A stretch of 56,829 bases of DNA, the filler included, from Sphacelaria rigidula (taxonomy: Eukaryota), in the NCBI GenBank assembly GCA_964200075.2. It is 7 parts of 7 records of this genome, joined end to end, with 100 filler letters (N's around TTAATTAATTAA, not from the genome) between each part and the next. Parts side by side here need not be neighbours in the genome. Positions count along the whole stretch, not along the records: positions 16,268 to 24,300 come from CAXNAA020012564.1; positions 24,401 to 32,433 come from CAXNAA020012565.1; positions 32,534 to 40,565 come from CAXNAA020012566.1; 4 more parts are not named here. One strand, written 5' to 3'. Position numbers and translations under genes: made by a program. Below, piece after piece: positions 23,677 through 35,500 of the stretch (its first letter is position 1; every line of letters starts with the position of its first letter). Below the pieces are notes generated by a model. It saw nothing but the letters and a program-made list of their open reading frames with translations, did no database searches and had not been told where the DNA came from.

Positions 23677-24529
23677 GGGGAGGAGGGGCGGGGCGGGGGA
23701 GAGAGATTCACGTTGCCTCTTGCACGAAGGAACCACTCCGAGGTATTACGAGGAGCAGATTTCACAGTATCTGAGGATACTATGATGTCCTTTGAGGTGG
23801 TTAGGGTTAAGTAGGATACAAATTCGGATACTTTGGCGTGCCGATGCGCTGAGTACTTCGGAATATTGCGTATTTTCCAACCGTCCGTGCTCTGTTTTGT
23901 TTGATTGATCGAGAATTGTCGTACATGAAGTTATCCAGAGGTATCTAGCCGTGGTTATCATGTAGGCATACCCAAGGTAAAGTAAACAAAACGGAGACAC
24001 TCGATGTAGGAAGCTCGACAAAAGGAGAAGTTAAAGAGGATGATGATGCTGATGAAAAAAAGCCTAGGGAAGAACAAGAGAGAGGAACCAATACACACGG
24101 AACAAGATGTAGCCAACCCATTCAGCATTTGCTTGACTTCAAGAACCAGACCAGGGGCGAGAAAAAACATACCGAGGAAGATATTTGGGGAACTACTCTG
24201 ATTAGGCACGAACTGTGATTAACGAGCTCAACAGGAGAGAGATACAACTACCGCTACAACATATGGAAACAATGACGACAGAGGGGGGGGGGGGGGGAGA
24301 NNNNNNNNNNNNNNNNNNNNNNNNNNNNNNNNNNNNNNNNNNNNTTAATTAATTAANNNNNNNNNNNNNNNNNNNNNNNNNNNNNNNNNNNNNNNNNNNN
24401 GTTGTCATACTACACATCAGCCCCGCCAACACCGCCTGCTCGGAGACCGTCCACCCTCGCCCCCCCCCCCAACCCCCCCCCCGCCGGGGACCCCAACAAT
24501 CAAGCCTTACCGAGCGTTGGAGCACTCAC

Positions 24530-24657
24530 CCACAACTAGTGGCGCGGATGGACCTGTTCCCGCTTTCCCACCCCCAGCACCCTGTGTCCCTGTCTCCCCG
24601 AAGACACTTGCTGCATACACTTCGTCCGGCGCCGGCAGAGCTTCATTCGTTGAGGCA
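24530..24657 (-). CDS. Possible isolated internal exon of an unknown gene
   Basis: CAG acceptor and GTGAGT donor around ASTNEALPAPDEVYAASVFGETGTQGAGGGKAGTGPSAPLVV. No homology recognised. Confidence 0.3.
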
Positions 24658-26628
24658 CTGCCGCAGTAGCAAGGACAACCGACAAAGCAATCGAGTATCA
24701 ACTGAAGTTGTGACACATGGCAACATCACTCCGGGGGGTGGTTCCATACGTTTTCTCGCACTCCCGGTCCAAGGGATTTTTGCACACTCTGGACAAAAAG
24801 ATTACATTTGTAAAAAAAAGTGTACTACGTACAGTACGGAATATATTGCATAGTGCAGCAGACACAATAGTCGATACCGCACGCAGTACACTTTTTGACC
24901 CTGCAATACATTGTCATTGTCCAGCGTATGGAGTTCTGTCAACATGCCCATAATAACCAACAACGGCCAGACTGCCTGCGCACGGATACAAAACACTCCA
25001 ACACTCTACGGAGAAAGCTGGAGGTAGGCGCGATTTACCTCTTTTCTTCTTGTGCCACCTTTAACCTTAATCCCTTCCCTTTCATCGGAACGGATTCGTG
25101 GTCTCAAACGATTGACATCAACCCATATCTATCCCGTATTCCTGTGCAGCGAAAGCACTTCGGATGGTGGAGCTCTTTCTGTTTTTCATCTTCCGGCACG
25201 CCTGCCCAGCCACCGCGATCATGACAGACTTCCGATCGTGAACGAGTTCTCAACGGGGAGCAGGGTCACGGGGAGCAGGGTCACCATGTACGGTCCCAAG
25301 GGGAAGAGAGAAACAACAAGACGCAGAGCAGTGCCACTCAGTGTTGCACATGATTTAGAGTCACGATCTGCACAACCCTGTACTACCTCCGCGTGAGGAG
25401 ACGGCTGCCACAGAATCACGCTGCTCTATGCCAAACGTGCACGTTCAAGGCGCGCACGCCTGAAGAATGCTACCACAACCAGACGTCGCTCAGCTCCTAC
25501 TGTTGTTCCGATAGGTTCACACTTTCCCTGTCCCACAAGCTAGGATCGACTTGTTTGTACCGGCTCGCAACAACAGTACGACGGTATCAGATTTTTTTTC
25601 TTTTCTCGTATTTTTCATTGCGCATTCTGTGGCGTGTTTTTGCTTGGAGCTGAAACCATCTTCCAGATTTATCTTCACAGCTTCCATTTCCACCATGCGG
25701 TTGAATAGCCAAAATACATCAGTCGGCCCAGTAGTGGTCGTGTTTCGCACCCATTCCGGCGACACAAAACAGAGCAAGAAAAACGGTACAGTAGATGGTC
25801 CGATATAGCGGTGCTCTGAGTAGCGGAACGTCCGGTTTAGCTGCCTCAACATCGCTTGGCACCGCTTCGACCCGATATACCGGCAGAATGCCGCTATTGA
25901 GTATATATCCCTTAATAGCGGCATTTTGGGGTGTTTGGCCCCCGCAAAAGCGACATTCTCCAATCAGCGGGCCCCCCTCCTCGGCTGTGGAGGCCACGCA
26001 TTCCACACACAACCACCATCGTGATGCGCCACAACCACCTGCTCACACGTATCATGCCAGCTTGCGCGGATCTAGAACTGCTGTATATCATTTGGAAATG
26101 CCAAACTACGACGAGGTCACACACCACGTCCGAAGGAGAACACACAACACTATCGAACAGCGCGCAGGGGACTAGATTCCACGAAAAGCTGTCGCTATTA
26201 GACGACACACAGTCATTTCTCCTCTGATTGATTATTTGATTTGATCGTCGCACTTTAACTGATCCCCCAGGGGTCCAGCCGGGGTCTCATGATAGACATA
26301 CCAAAGAAAAACGAAACTGAAACACGCTCGAAGGAAGCGAAACAAAAAGAAAAAAAAAACAGAAAAAAGAGGGGTCGAACAGAAGGACATAGCAGACTAA
26401 GCCGTGACAACAAAAAAGTAACAAAAAGTCAACACAAGCAAAGCACAGAGAGAAATGGCCGACCTAAAACAAGAAAAAGGAAAACAAGAGGAAAGTACGA
26501 AGCAAACAAAATAAAATACAATAAAACGATGGAAAAAAAGAAAAAGAGAAGGCCTAAGGGATTCAGGGCAGCAGAGTAGATACAGACACACACCTGTGGG
26601 TACCGCAGAGCCACCGACTAAGGACATA

Positions 26629-27339
26629 CCACTGTTCCGAAACATTAGCTCCGTTTGGGGATTTTGCGGCATAACTTCGGATGGAAGGCGATTTTTTTTC
26701 ACGATTTTTTGCATCGTATTTGCGCCGCTCCCGCCTAAAAAACCAACCGCTTTAAAAACATAAAAATGACAGTCCTGCCCACACACACACACCCTCAAGA
26801 AGCACTACACAGAGCTCGCTTATTCCAAAGTGGTTCAAAGAGGCCATCCGGCCGTGTAAAGGAGCATGTCTAAGTGATGAAAGTGTTGCCGAGACACTCA
26901 AGAGAAAGAATCTCAACGATGACGAGCGAATCGCTGTGATTGCCGAGCTTCTCAAAGGCAGCAACAACAGCATTCTGCGGAAGGGCGATTACACCACTCT
27001 GAATTGGAAACCCGGGGATGATATTCGCGCATCCCCTGGTCACCCCAGGGAATGCTGTTTTTCACCCCCAAACTGTTCCTACCGCATTCCCATGCAGTTT
27101 CATCGTCCAGGGAAAGGTATTGGAGGTACTACATCACCTGATACAGTGAAAACCCGGGGATGGATTCCTGGTGTCCCCTGGTCACCCTGAACATTTTTTT
27201 TCCTCCCCAATCCTCGCGATAGTGTATGCCAGTATTTTCATGGCTCTAGAAGAGCTGGGGAGTCGTATACACGTCAATGAGTACACGGGGATTATATTTC
27301 GATTTTTCCAAACGGGGCTCATGTTTCGGAACAGAGTGG
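26629..27339 (+). mobile_element. Deletion derivative of a plant-type (DD39D-like) mariner with an N-terminal transposase remnant
   Basis: TA|CCACTGTTCCGAAACATTAGCTCCGTTTGG ... CCAAACGGGGCTCATGTTTCGGAACAGAGTGG|TA. 26900-26992 encodes KRKNLNDDERIAVIAELLKGSNNSILRKGDY, resembling the N-terminus of plant mariner-like transposases. Confidence 0.7.
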
Positions 27340-27393
27340 TAATCAACAACCGATATGAGAGGACAGGATTTTCCGATTGGCAGCCCTCGACGT

Positions 27394-27800
27394 AGCAGCC
27401 TCTCGCTCGTGACGTCGGTCTGATTCTCGCTTGTCCGCGCGTCGCCACGTGTCCCCAAACTCTCCCGCTCTCTTTTCGACTCCAATGTGCCAGTTGCCCA
27501 TGTCCTTCGCCGCAGTGACCCAATCGTATGCATCGTTAACCTCTACACCGTAGACGAACCACCTTTGTCGGCCTCCTTTGTGCGGGACAGCCCCTAGCGC
27601 ACGTAGGTTCTCCTCTAGGGTATCCTCCCATTGCTTGGGGGGGCGGCCGACCTCCTTGAGTTCTCGTGTGGAAAGCCGACCGTTCATGACACGATTGGGA
27701 AGGCGTGTGTCCTTTTGCCGGACAAGGGCTCCCGCGAACCAGAGTTGACGTTTGCGGATAGTCATCTCGACACGTTCGCAGTTGATCATCTCGAGCACCG
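27394..27800 (-). mobile_element. RTE-clade LINE C-terminal ORF fragment
   Basis: TIRKRQLWFAGALVR..RLPNRVMNG..GRPPKQWEDTLEENLRALG matches the typical RTE C-terminal pattern (R-LRW-GH..RLP..GRP..W-D). Confidence 0.8.
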
Positions 27801-28533
27801 TTATAGCAGCAAAATTGCCGCCATTACCGTACCCAATAGCGGCAAAAACACCCCTATTGAGGAACACAGCGGTATTGCCCTGAATAGCGGCATTTTTTCC
27901 TCTTGACACTATATGCCGCTACATCGGGAATCCTACTGTAAAATAAAAGGGTGAAAATAGGTCAAAAACTCGTCGTTTGGCGGACTTTGTGCGGCGGCTA
28001 GCTACGCGTCGCCTGAAACCACTTGGGTAGGTCATCACTTCTGTCCAGTGCGAACATGGCAAAATCGGTCGGACTCGACGAAAACCGAAATCAGAGTGGC
28101 CAAAATCGGCAGAAAGTGGGTCAATCTTAACCCGACATGGCGTGGACCACATGTTCTTGGTTTCTTTCTCAAATTTCTACGAGCATCTCCTCTCTTTCGC
28201 CTTTCGAGTGATCGTAACTATAGTACACAAAGCGTTCGGGAGATATGTTCTGCGCCCCCAATTCAGTCCGAATTTATGGGATAGAAGAAGTCCAACAGTG
28301 AGGCATTTGCTGGCCTAGAGACGTACGTAATGACTTTTGTAAAAATCTACATCTATCGGCCAAGCTGGAACGGAACGTACATGCTGTGTGGTACTCAGGA
28401 TCAGTATGGCACACTCTCGACGACAGATAACATCATTAAAAAGTAAACTGCGTTCAGTGTAGAATATCTTGTCTTTTGTAATAGACGCAAAAGCCGATAC
28501 TGTCCGCGAGTACACTTCTTGACACTGCAATTA

Positions 28534-29311
28534 GGCCTCTTCTCATAGACTGAAAAAAAATCGGGCGGACGACTTTTTCTCAGTGACTTTTTTTCAGAAA
28601 TTTGAACACTGACTTTTCTGAAAAAAAGTCAGAGACAAGTCAGTTTTCAAAGTCCCACCTTACTTCAGCCGACCGCCGCTTGGAGTAGTGTCGCAAGCGG
28701 TGCAGTGTGCAGCAGTACAGTTTGTGCCATGCCGCACACAACAAAGTCAAGTGACATAGCAACAGTCTTGGTACATAAAATACTACAGAATTCGCAATCG
28801 GTGGCGGGCACGACGAGTATGAAACCGTACGAGCAGTCAATACAGTCATTCCGGACGATAACGGTGCTATTCCATAGTAGTAACGCTGCCGGCGAAAAAG
28901 TTGTGTACTGCACTCTCCCTGGTCCTACGGTCATGAAGAGGATGCGCGGAGTGCTGCAGCAGCTATGCTGTTGCCACGGTACTGTACATACACCATGCAT
29001 AGCTACTTTTGTACTGACTGTACTACACTTTTATGCCAGGACTGTGTGCTCCATCATTGACTGTACCATCGCGGGTGCGGTGTGCGAGGAGTGTGTGAGG
29101 GAACGTAACTTTTCAGACAGTTTGATCTCACTGAGAACTGACGGCTTTTCTCAGCGAGATTTTTCCAAATCTCGCTGTCAGGAAACGGCTCGCAGTTGCC
29201 AGAGACTTTTCATGAAAAATGGCCCGAGAAGAGCGCGTTCAGAAAAAAGTCTGTGGAAACTGGCCAAAACGACTGTTTTGAGTTACTTTTTTCAGTCTGT
29301 AAGAACCGCCC
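28534..29311. mobile_element. PIF/Harbinger-type non-autonomous element (TTA TSD)
   Basis: TTA|GGCCTCTTCTCATAGACTGAAAAAA ... TTTTTTCAGTCTGTAAGAACCGCCC|TTA (20/25 TIR match). Subterminal GACTTTT/CTGAAAA repeats. Confidence 0.7.
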
Positions 29312-29439
29312 TTAAAATCTACTATCCAGGGTGTGTGTGCCATATTGACAAGAAGTGAAAAGCTAATCAGGGCGGAACAGAGCACAGCTAACTGGCCAGT
29401 CACATGCGAACAACAAAGCATGGCGCAGCCAACTGACCC

Positions 29440-32390
29440 CGTGTGAATAATAAAAATGATCGAAGACACAACATTCGACGGGAGCATGTGGATAAGGGTG
29501 CCAGGAAAGTGGGGAACGAATATTTTCTTGTAGGGGACATCTACATACCCCCCGAATCGAAGAGTGCGCTAGACGATATATAGAAGAGGTTTGGGGAGAT
29601 AAACAATAGATGGACAGGGGTATAGAAGGCAAGGAAAAGTAATGCTAGTGCGAGATTTTGATGCAGGGGTGGAAAAAACAAGTCAACCGGATGATATCAT
29701 TGGGCAATACGGGGGAACGAAGAATATACAATTGGGTCAGAGAAGCTGAAGTTCCCTGAGAATAACGAGATGAAGACACTGAACCAGACAGCACAAAAGC
29801 CAAGGACGCAACGGACATGGACTAGAAAAATGCCAACAAGATAGAGAAACCTTCGCTCTTGACTAAAGAATGGTGAAGTATGGAAATAGTAGGAAAATCG
29901 GGGTACATGCATGCACAGAGGACATGGAAACTGCAGATCATTGCCTAATATAGACATACAGCCACCAGACTATACGAGATAGGTGGGGTAGGAAGTTATG
30001 CAAATGGAGAATAGATTAACTATAGATAAAAGAAAAACAGCAAGAGTTCCGAGAAGAAATGGCGAAAAATGCAGTGAAATTTTCCGAGCTTTTGGGAAGC
30101 GTAGTCACAGTTAATACCGAAATGGGAAGGAATCGGGCAGGAGCGAGATTATGGAAGAATGTGAGCGAATAGCAACTGGTCGAAATCACAGAAAGCAAAG
30201 TCATCGGGAAAAAACTAATCGTACGCAACAGAGCGATAAAGTGGTGGGATGAGGAAGTCAAAGAGGCTAAAATAGTAAGGAGAATAGCCCACGCAAGATA
30301 CATATCGAGTAAAACTACGGTAGGATGGGAGGAGCGTGCTAAAGCTCGGGAGGAGGTAAAAAATATGGTGGAGAAAAAGAAGAAGAGAATATGGAAATAT
30401 GTGATTCATAAAACAAAAGAAGAAATCGATGAGAGGAGTACGAGCAGAGCACCATAGAAAACTAGGGACAAAAACAACTAACGATAATTTCGACGCGGAA
30501 TTCGAGAAAGAAATTGACGCGTGGGCAGAGGCAAATATGGAGGCCTCAAAACGGGAAGATAGTGGCGCAAAAGAATTGCAGCGAAAGTCACCAGAAAGGC
30601 AGCAGGGGCAGACGAATCGTGAGAAAAATCTCAAAATACGGGGTAGAGGGAATGAAATGATTACCATTATGTCTATGCTATGTGATGGGATCTGGGGAAA
30701 CGAGTACACACCCAAGGGGTGGAGAGAAGAAATGGCAGTGAACCTTTTCAAGAAATGAGACAAGGCTTACCCAGGGAATCAGAAAGGAATTTCGTTACTG
30801 AGCACCGTAGGCAAAACATGCTGAAATTTTCTGAATGATAGAGTGGAAACGATTCTGGAGAAGAAAAAATCAGCGAGGGGCAACCAGCATTCAGATCAAA
30901 CCGTAGCTGCTTAGACCATGTGTACACATTAGGTAAGATTAAAGGTAGGAAAGACGCCGAGCTATCAACGTATTGCTTCTTTTTAGACGTACGGAAGGTC
31001 TTAGGACAGTATGGAGAGATATGTTGTGGAAAAAGATGTGGGGAACTGGGATCAGAGAGAATATGTGGAGGATGATGAAAAGGATGACAGATGTGCTGGG
31101 AGAGTGATGATGCTAGATGGGGAAATATCCAGACTTGTTGATAATCTACGAGGAATTGCACAAGGATGTACGCCATTACCCACTTTCTTCAAAGGTATTA
31201 ATTGATGACATGATCGTCGCAGTAGATGCAGCAAAGCATGGAGTCAAGGTGGGGGGAGATACGGTACCGGGAGTGATGTTCGTGGATGATTTCGTGGGGG
31301 TATCAGAAATACCAAAAGGATTCGATAAATAAATGCGCGGTACTTGAAGGTAACGAAGATCAGGAGAACCCGATATAGGTCGAAGGAAGTGGGGATAGGA
31401 GGAATTACCGATCGTAGACCGGTATACATACCTTAGCGTAGAGGTGTCGAAAAATATTTTAGGATGCACACATGGACAAAGTAATAGGAGAGGGTAAGTC
31501 AAAGACAGGCAAGATGGACGTGATCCTAAGAGACTCGCACCTGGATAATGACATCAGGAGATGTATTCTGATTATTGTGATTGTATATCAAAGTCGGAAT
31601 ATGCAGGAGGAATATGGGAGGGAAACGCGAAGTTGGCGAAGCAGCTTGAAACAGACAGTACAGATGACAGCAGCTGAGGAAATACTTGGATGCTCAAAAG
31701 CGACAAGAAAATACAATATTGAGAAAAGAATCAGGAACGTACCCACTTGAAGCAACTAGAGACATGAGAGGATTGAGATGATACTATAACGGAAGGAACA
31801 TGCGAAGACGGAAAGTGGACGAGGAAGAGCACCTGGAGACGTGGAGGAGGTTGAGAGAAGGGTTAGGGATGAAAATATATCGGCATGGTCCCATGGAGAA
31901 CGCGAAAGAGGAGAGATTGCGATTTCGGGCGGGTAACCTGGACCTGCAAGAAAGAGGAACGAGAAATACCAGCAGTCGAGTGGAGGAGGCAGCAGATGCA
32001 CAGAATTGTTCCTGTGGCACCCCAATGGAGAGGAGAACTCATATAGTGGGAGGATGTGATTTATACAAATAGGGACGGGACGTGTTGGAGGGGGAAATGT
32101 GGATGTGGAACTAATCGAGAGTGGCGCATGATTGTATTATACATCAGACAGTAGCGAGAAAACGATCGCTATACTAGGAGATTTATGGTGGGCACAGACG
32201 GCGAAACAGGAAGGGGATAAGATATGTAAAAGTTTTTGCGTCATGCATAGAAGAAATGTAATGGGTTCCCTAATGGTGGAGTTGTCTCAACCAGGAGTAG
32301 GGACGGTGGGCCGTCTCGGAGCGGATACGAGGTCAATGGTCAACTGACTGATGGAAGCAACAAATGAGTATGCCCCCCCCCTCCCCCAGC
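29440..32390 (+). mobile_element. Degenerate LINE (family A), APE-RT-CCHC, C-tailed
   Basis: APE remnants (SMWIRV..DIYIPP, VMLVRDFDAGV, ADHCLI), WGNEYTPKGWREEMAVNLFKK, GIAQGCTP, GVMFVDDFVG, CSCGTPMERRTHIVGGC. Ends AACAAATGAGTATG-C(n). Homologous to 20567-23676. Confidence 0.92.
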
Positions 32391-32533
32391 CCGCCGGGCC
32401 CCCGCCCCCTCTCCGGGGGGGGCGCGCGTCAGTNNNNNNNNNNNNNNNNNNNNNNNNNNNNNNNNNNNNNNNNNNNNTTAATTAATTAANNNNNNNNNNN
32501 NNNNNNNNNNNNNNNNNNNNNNNNNNNNNNNNN

Positions 32534-35500
32534 ATTGCCGGTGAATGTGGTGGACCCCGTGAGCCTGGTACGATTACGACGACGGCAGCGGCGACGGGAA
32601 CGGGTATCAATGAGTACTGGACAGTCTCGCATATTGCCATTCCAACGGGTGTGGGGTGCCACTTATGAAAATCACGCTGTAGTCATCAGATCGTTGACCT
32701 CGCGTCTCAAACATTACGGGGCTGAGCGGTATACTCTATTTTCGGCGGGCCAGCCTGCATTACAAAATGACCACACACATTCTATGAGAGTGGGCAGGAC
32801 GAGAGTACACTCATGATCTTGCATACCGTACTCGTAGTCGTATTGACCATTGATCTCAAATCCTCACTAAGCCAGGACAGAGCACGCCGGGTTTTCGTCG
32901 GACCAGGCTCACAATCAATCACCCAGCGCCAAGCACCGTGATGCGTCCGGCGCGTCGCAAGGAGGGTAAGCTGCATCCTACTATCAAGATTGTTCGACCC
33001 GAAGCGTACTGATTATCTTGCATTTGGGTGACAGTCTACCATGAGTTGCTTCATCTTCTGGTTTCGCCAATTCCAGAGCAGGGTTAGAAAAACTCCGCGC
33101 GGGCCTGCGCTGGCGCAGATTATTAGGAAAACGTGGGCGATGCGCAGCTGTTGGGAGTTTCTCTCTGCGGCTTACCCGAGGGGGAATAATTGGGCCGCAC
33201 TCTTCTTGCCGGAGTCGATTTTGTTTTCTGCGGCCTTTTTTTTCTCGCTGGAGGCGCAACATGTTTCTGGGGGTGTTTTTTCTCGCCGCGAGGCTTATAC
33301 CGTCGAAATGGCCCCATTTTGACAAAATCTTGGCGTCTTTTTGAAGGGAAAACCCGAAAGGTTTCAGCTGCGCGGGGGGGCGCATGTCGCCTTCGGCTCT
33401 CGCCTGCGCAAGCGCAGGCGAAGCCTACGGAGGTTTTCTAACCCTGTTCCAGAGGCAGTCACGGGCTTCAGACTGCCTCATGGATGTCTCACCATGTGAA
33501 CACTAAGTAGTATGACCATTCCCTTGGCGCGGTATCGAGGTTCTCCTACCCCGCACAATATGATCTAGCGTTACCACCATCATGGTTACTGCAAGAAAAG
33601 CGCAAGCGGAAAAACCGGTAACCTGGTTGCCTAGCTTACGCAGTGAGTGGCTTGGTTCACAGCTTCGTTGGTAACCGACGCCGGCCCTCAAGCGAGGTTG
33701 GGCGGGGATGGGGGGCGTACTCATTTGTTGCCCGCCTTAGTCGTTTCACCATTGACCACGCATCCCCTTCGAGACGGACAACTTAAACGAGGTGGGGGAA
33801 GAAACACAAACTGCACAGTTCGGCAAGCAATGAAAAAAGGTGTAATTTTTATGCCAGGTAGAGTACAGGGAAGTACTGGTACAGTGCTTCGATAGTGCAG
33901 CACATCATAGCTGAAATACACATTTTTCAAAACTTCACAACTTCATCAATTGCCTGCACCTGAGAGGCTTGACCCCAGCTCTGAAAACGTGGAGCATGAC
34001 ACTCGCCTGGAATTACCCAGGCATTCTGAGAAAAGGCGCGGAGGGAAGGGGGGAGAGGGGAGGAATGGTCCGCTGGACAGAGGTATATCACCCCTCGAGA
34101 CACGCACGAGTGCCTTAGGTAGTAACGTGAGTGAGTGCTTCAACGCGGATGAGAAGACCAAAAGCAATGAAGCTTGAACCCTTGCACGAGCAGGAGGCGC
34201 AAAACATGCTTAAGTTGCAAGCATATCACAGGAATAATAGTCTTGTTCTCTTGGATGTCGGTAGTTCAATGTTAGAACGAACGAAAAAGACGCAAAACCG
34301 AATCATACAGGATCGAAATGCGACGGCATCCCACACGCCCCCAGAATATGTGTCTACGTATGTGCTCAGAAAGAAGGAGTGTCAGGTTGAGCAACAAGAG
34401 AACTAGGTGTCTGATTTAGAATGGTGCCCCATGAAACGGGTCATGTTGTACCCCCAGGAACGGGTCATGTTGAATCCCGCGCGGACACTTGTTCAAGTGC
34501 CCCGTATTGAACGACAGTGCTGTGCAATTGATCAATCCTATATCCGAGCAGTCTACACTCAGCCCGACGTTCACCCCGTTAATATCCTACCCTGGACGCA
34601 CGGATATAAAATCTGTCTCACCCAGATGTTTGAGTCTTAGACATGTGGCGAAAAAAAAAAAAATGGATTCCTTCGTTTCGACCCGACGTTTGGAGGTCGA
34701 ACCTCACCCATTGAAAGCTCTATCGTGGGCGCTTGCGGCGGACGTTGGAATCAGGGACCAGAAAAATCATTGCTCCAAGATTCAACACTTGGCCTTAAAG
34801 TCTCTTTCTGTGCGGTCGACATGTTACGTGCATTACCGGTCATACCGCATTGAGACATCTGTACACGATGCAGGATACGAACAGTATGCTGACGAGATGG
34901 GCAATCGCCTTGCGATCGTTCGACGTCGTCGTATCGCACAACACAAGCTGAGAAGACTGCGAATACACGTCATCCCAAACACACCATCACGACAATTGAA
35001 AGTTCGAGCAACAACACGGAACCCTTGCCCGCCCCCGACTTGTCAAGGTTGCAGAAGACCCCACTTCGCGACATCAGAAGAACGAAGGCGAGCCACTGCT
35101 CGCCCCAATTTGCCGTAGCGTGCCAGAGGATGGCCCTTCGCACACAGCAAAATCGCAATAGCCGTTCCAAATTTCGGCGGATAAAGTCAATGTCTCGCAA
35201 ATAAGTACAGATTGACGCAGAGCTGTCTACCGCCGAATCAGCTTACGCGAGCGCGAAAAACATATTCGCGTCTGCCGGCAGAAATCAAGTGAAACAGAGC
35301 AGGCAAGAAGATGGTGGGTCACATCAAGCACTTCGAGCGTGAAAATGCACCAACAGCTGAAAGCGGAGACGTTGACATCTATGTCATGCTATCCAGCCCC
35401 AGATTGTATTTTATTCAAGACATACAAGTCGGAACACCCTCAGAAAAGAAGCACATTTCGTGATCAATTAGTGGTACCAGTAGGGTTTGTACCGCACTCA

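Larger units (their letters stand above)
25789..27938. mobile_element. Tc1/mariner-type TIR element (or two end fragments) enclosing nested insertions
   Basis: TA|CAGTAGATGGTCCGATATAGCGG ... CCGCTACATCGGGAATCCTACTG|TA. Subterminal AATAGCGGCA/TGCCGCTATT motifs at both ends. Confidence 0.5.

Noticed and set aside
25140-25200. LIM-like HPKCFRC on the minus strand
   Set aside because: The next Cys is missing, there is no donor site, and a stop follows shortly.
26289-26579. Lys/Arg-rich ORF
   Set aside because: Translation of an A-rich low-complexity tract.
20567-32390. Two homologous LINEs forming a giant inverted repeat or composite element
   Set aside because: They lie on different unlinked contigs separated by an artificial linker.
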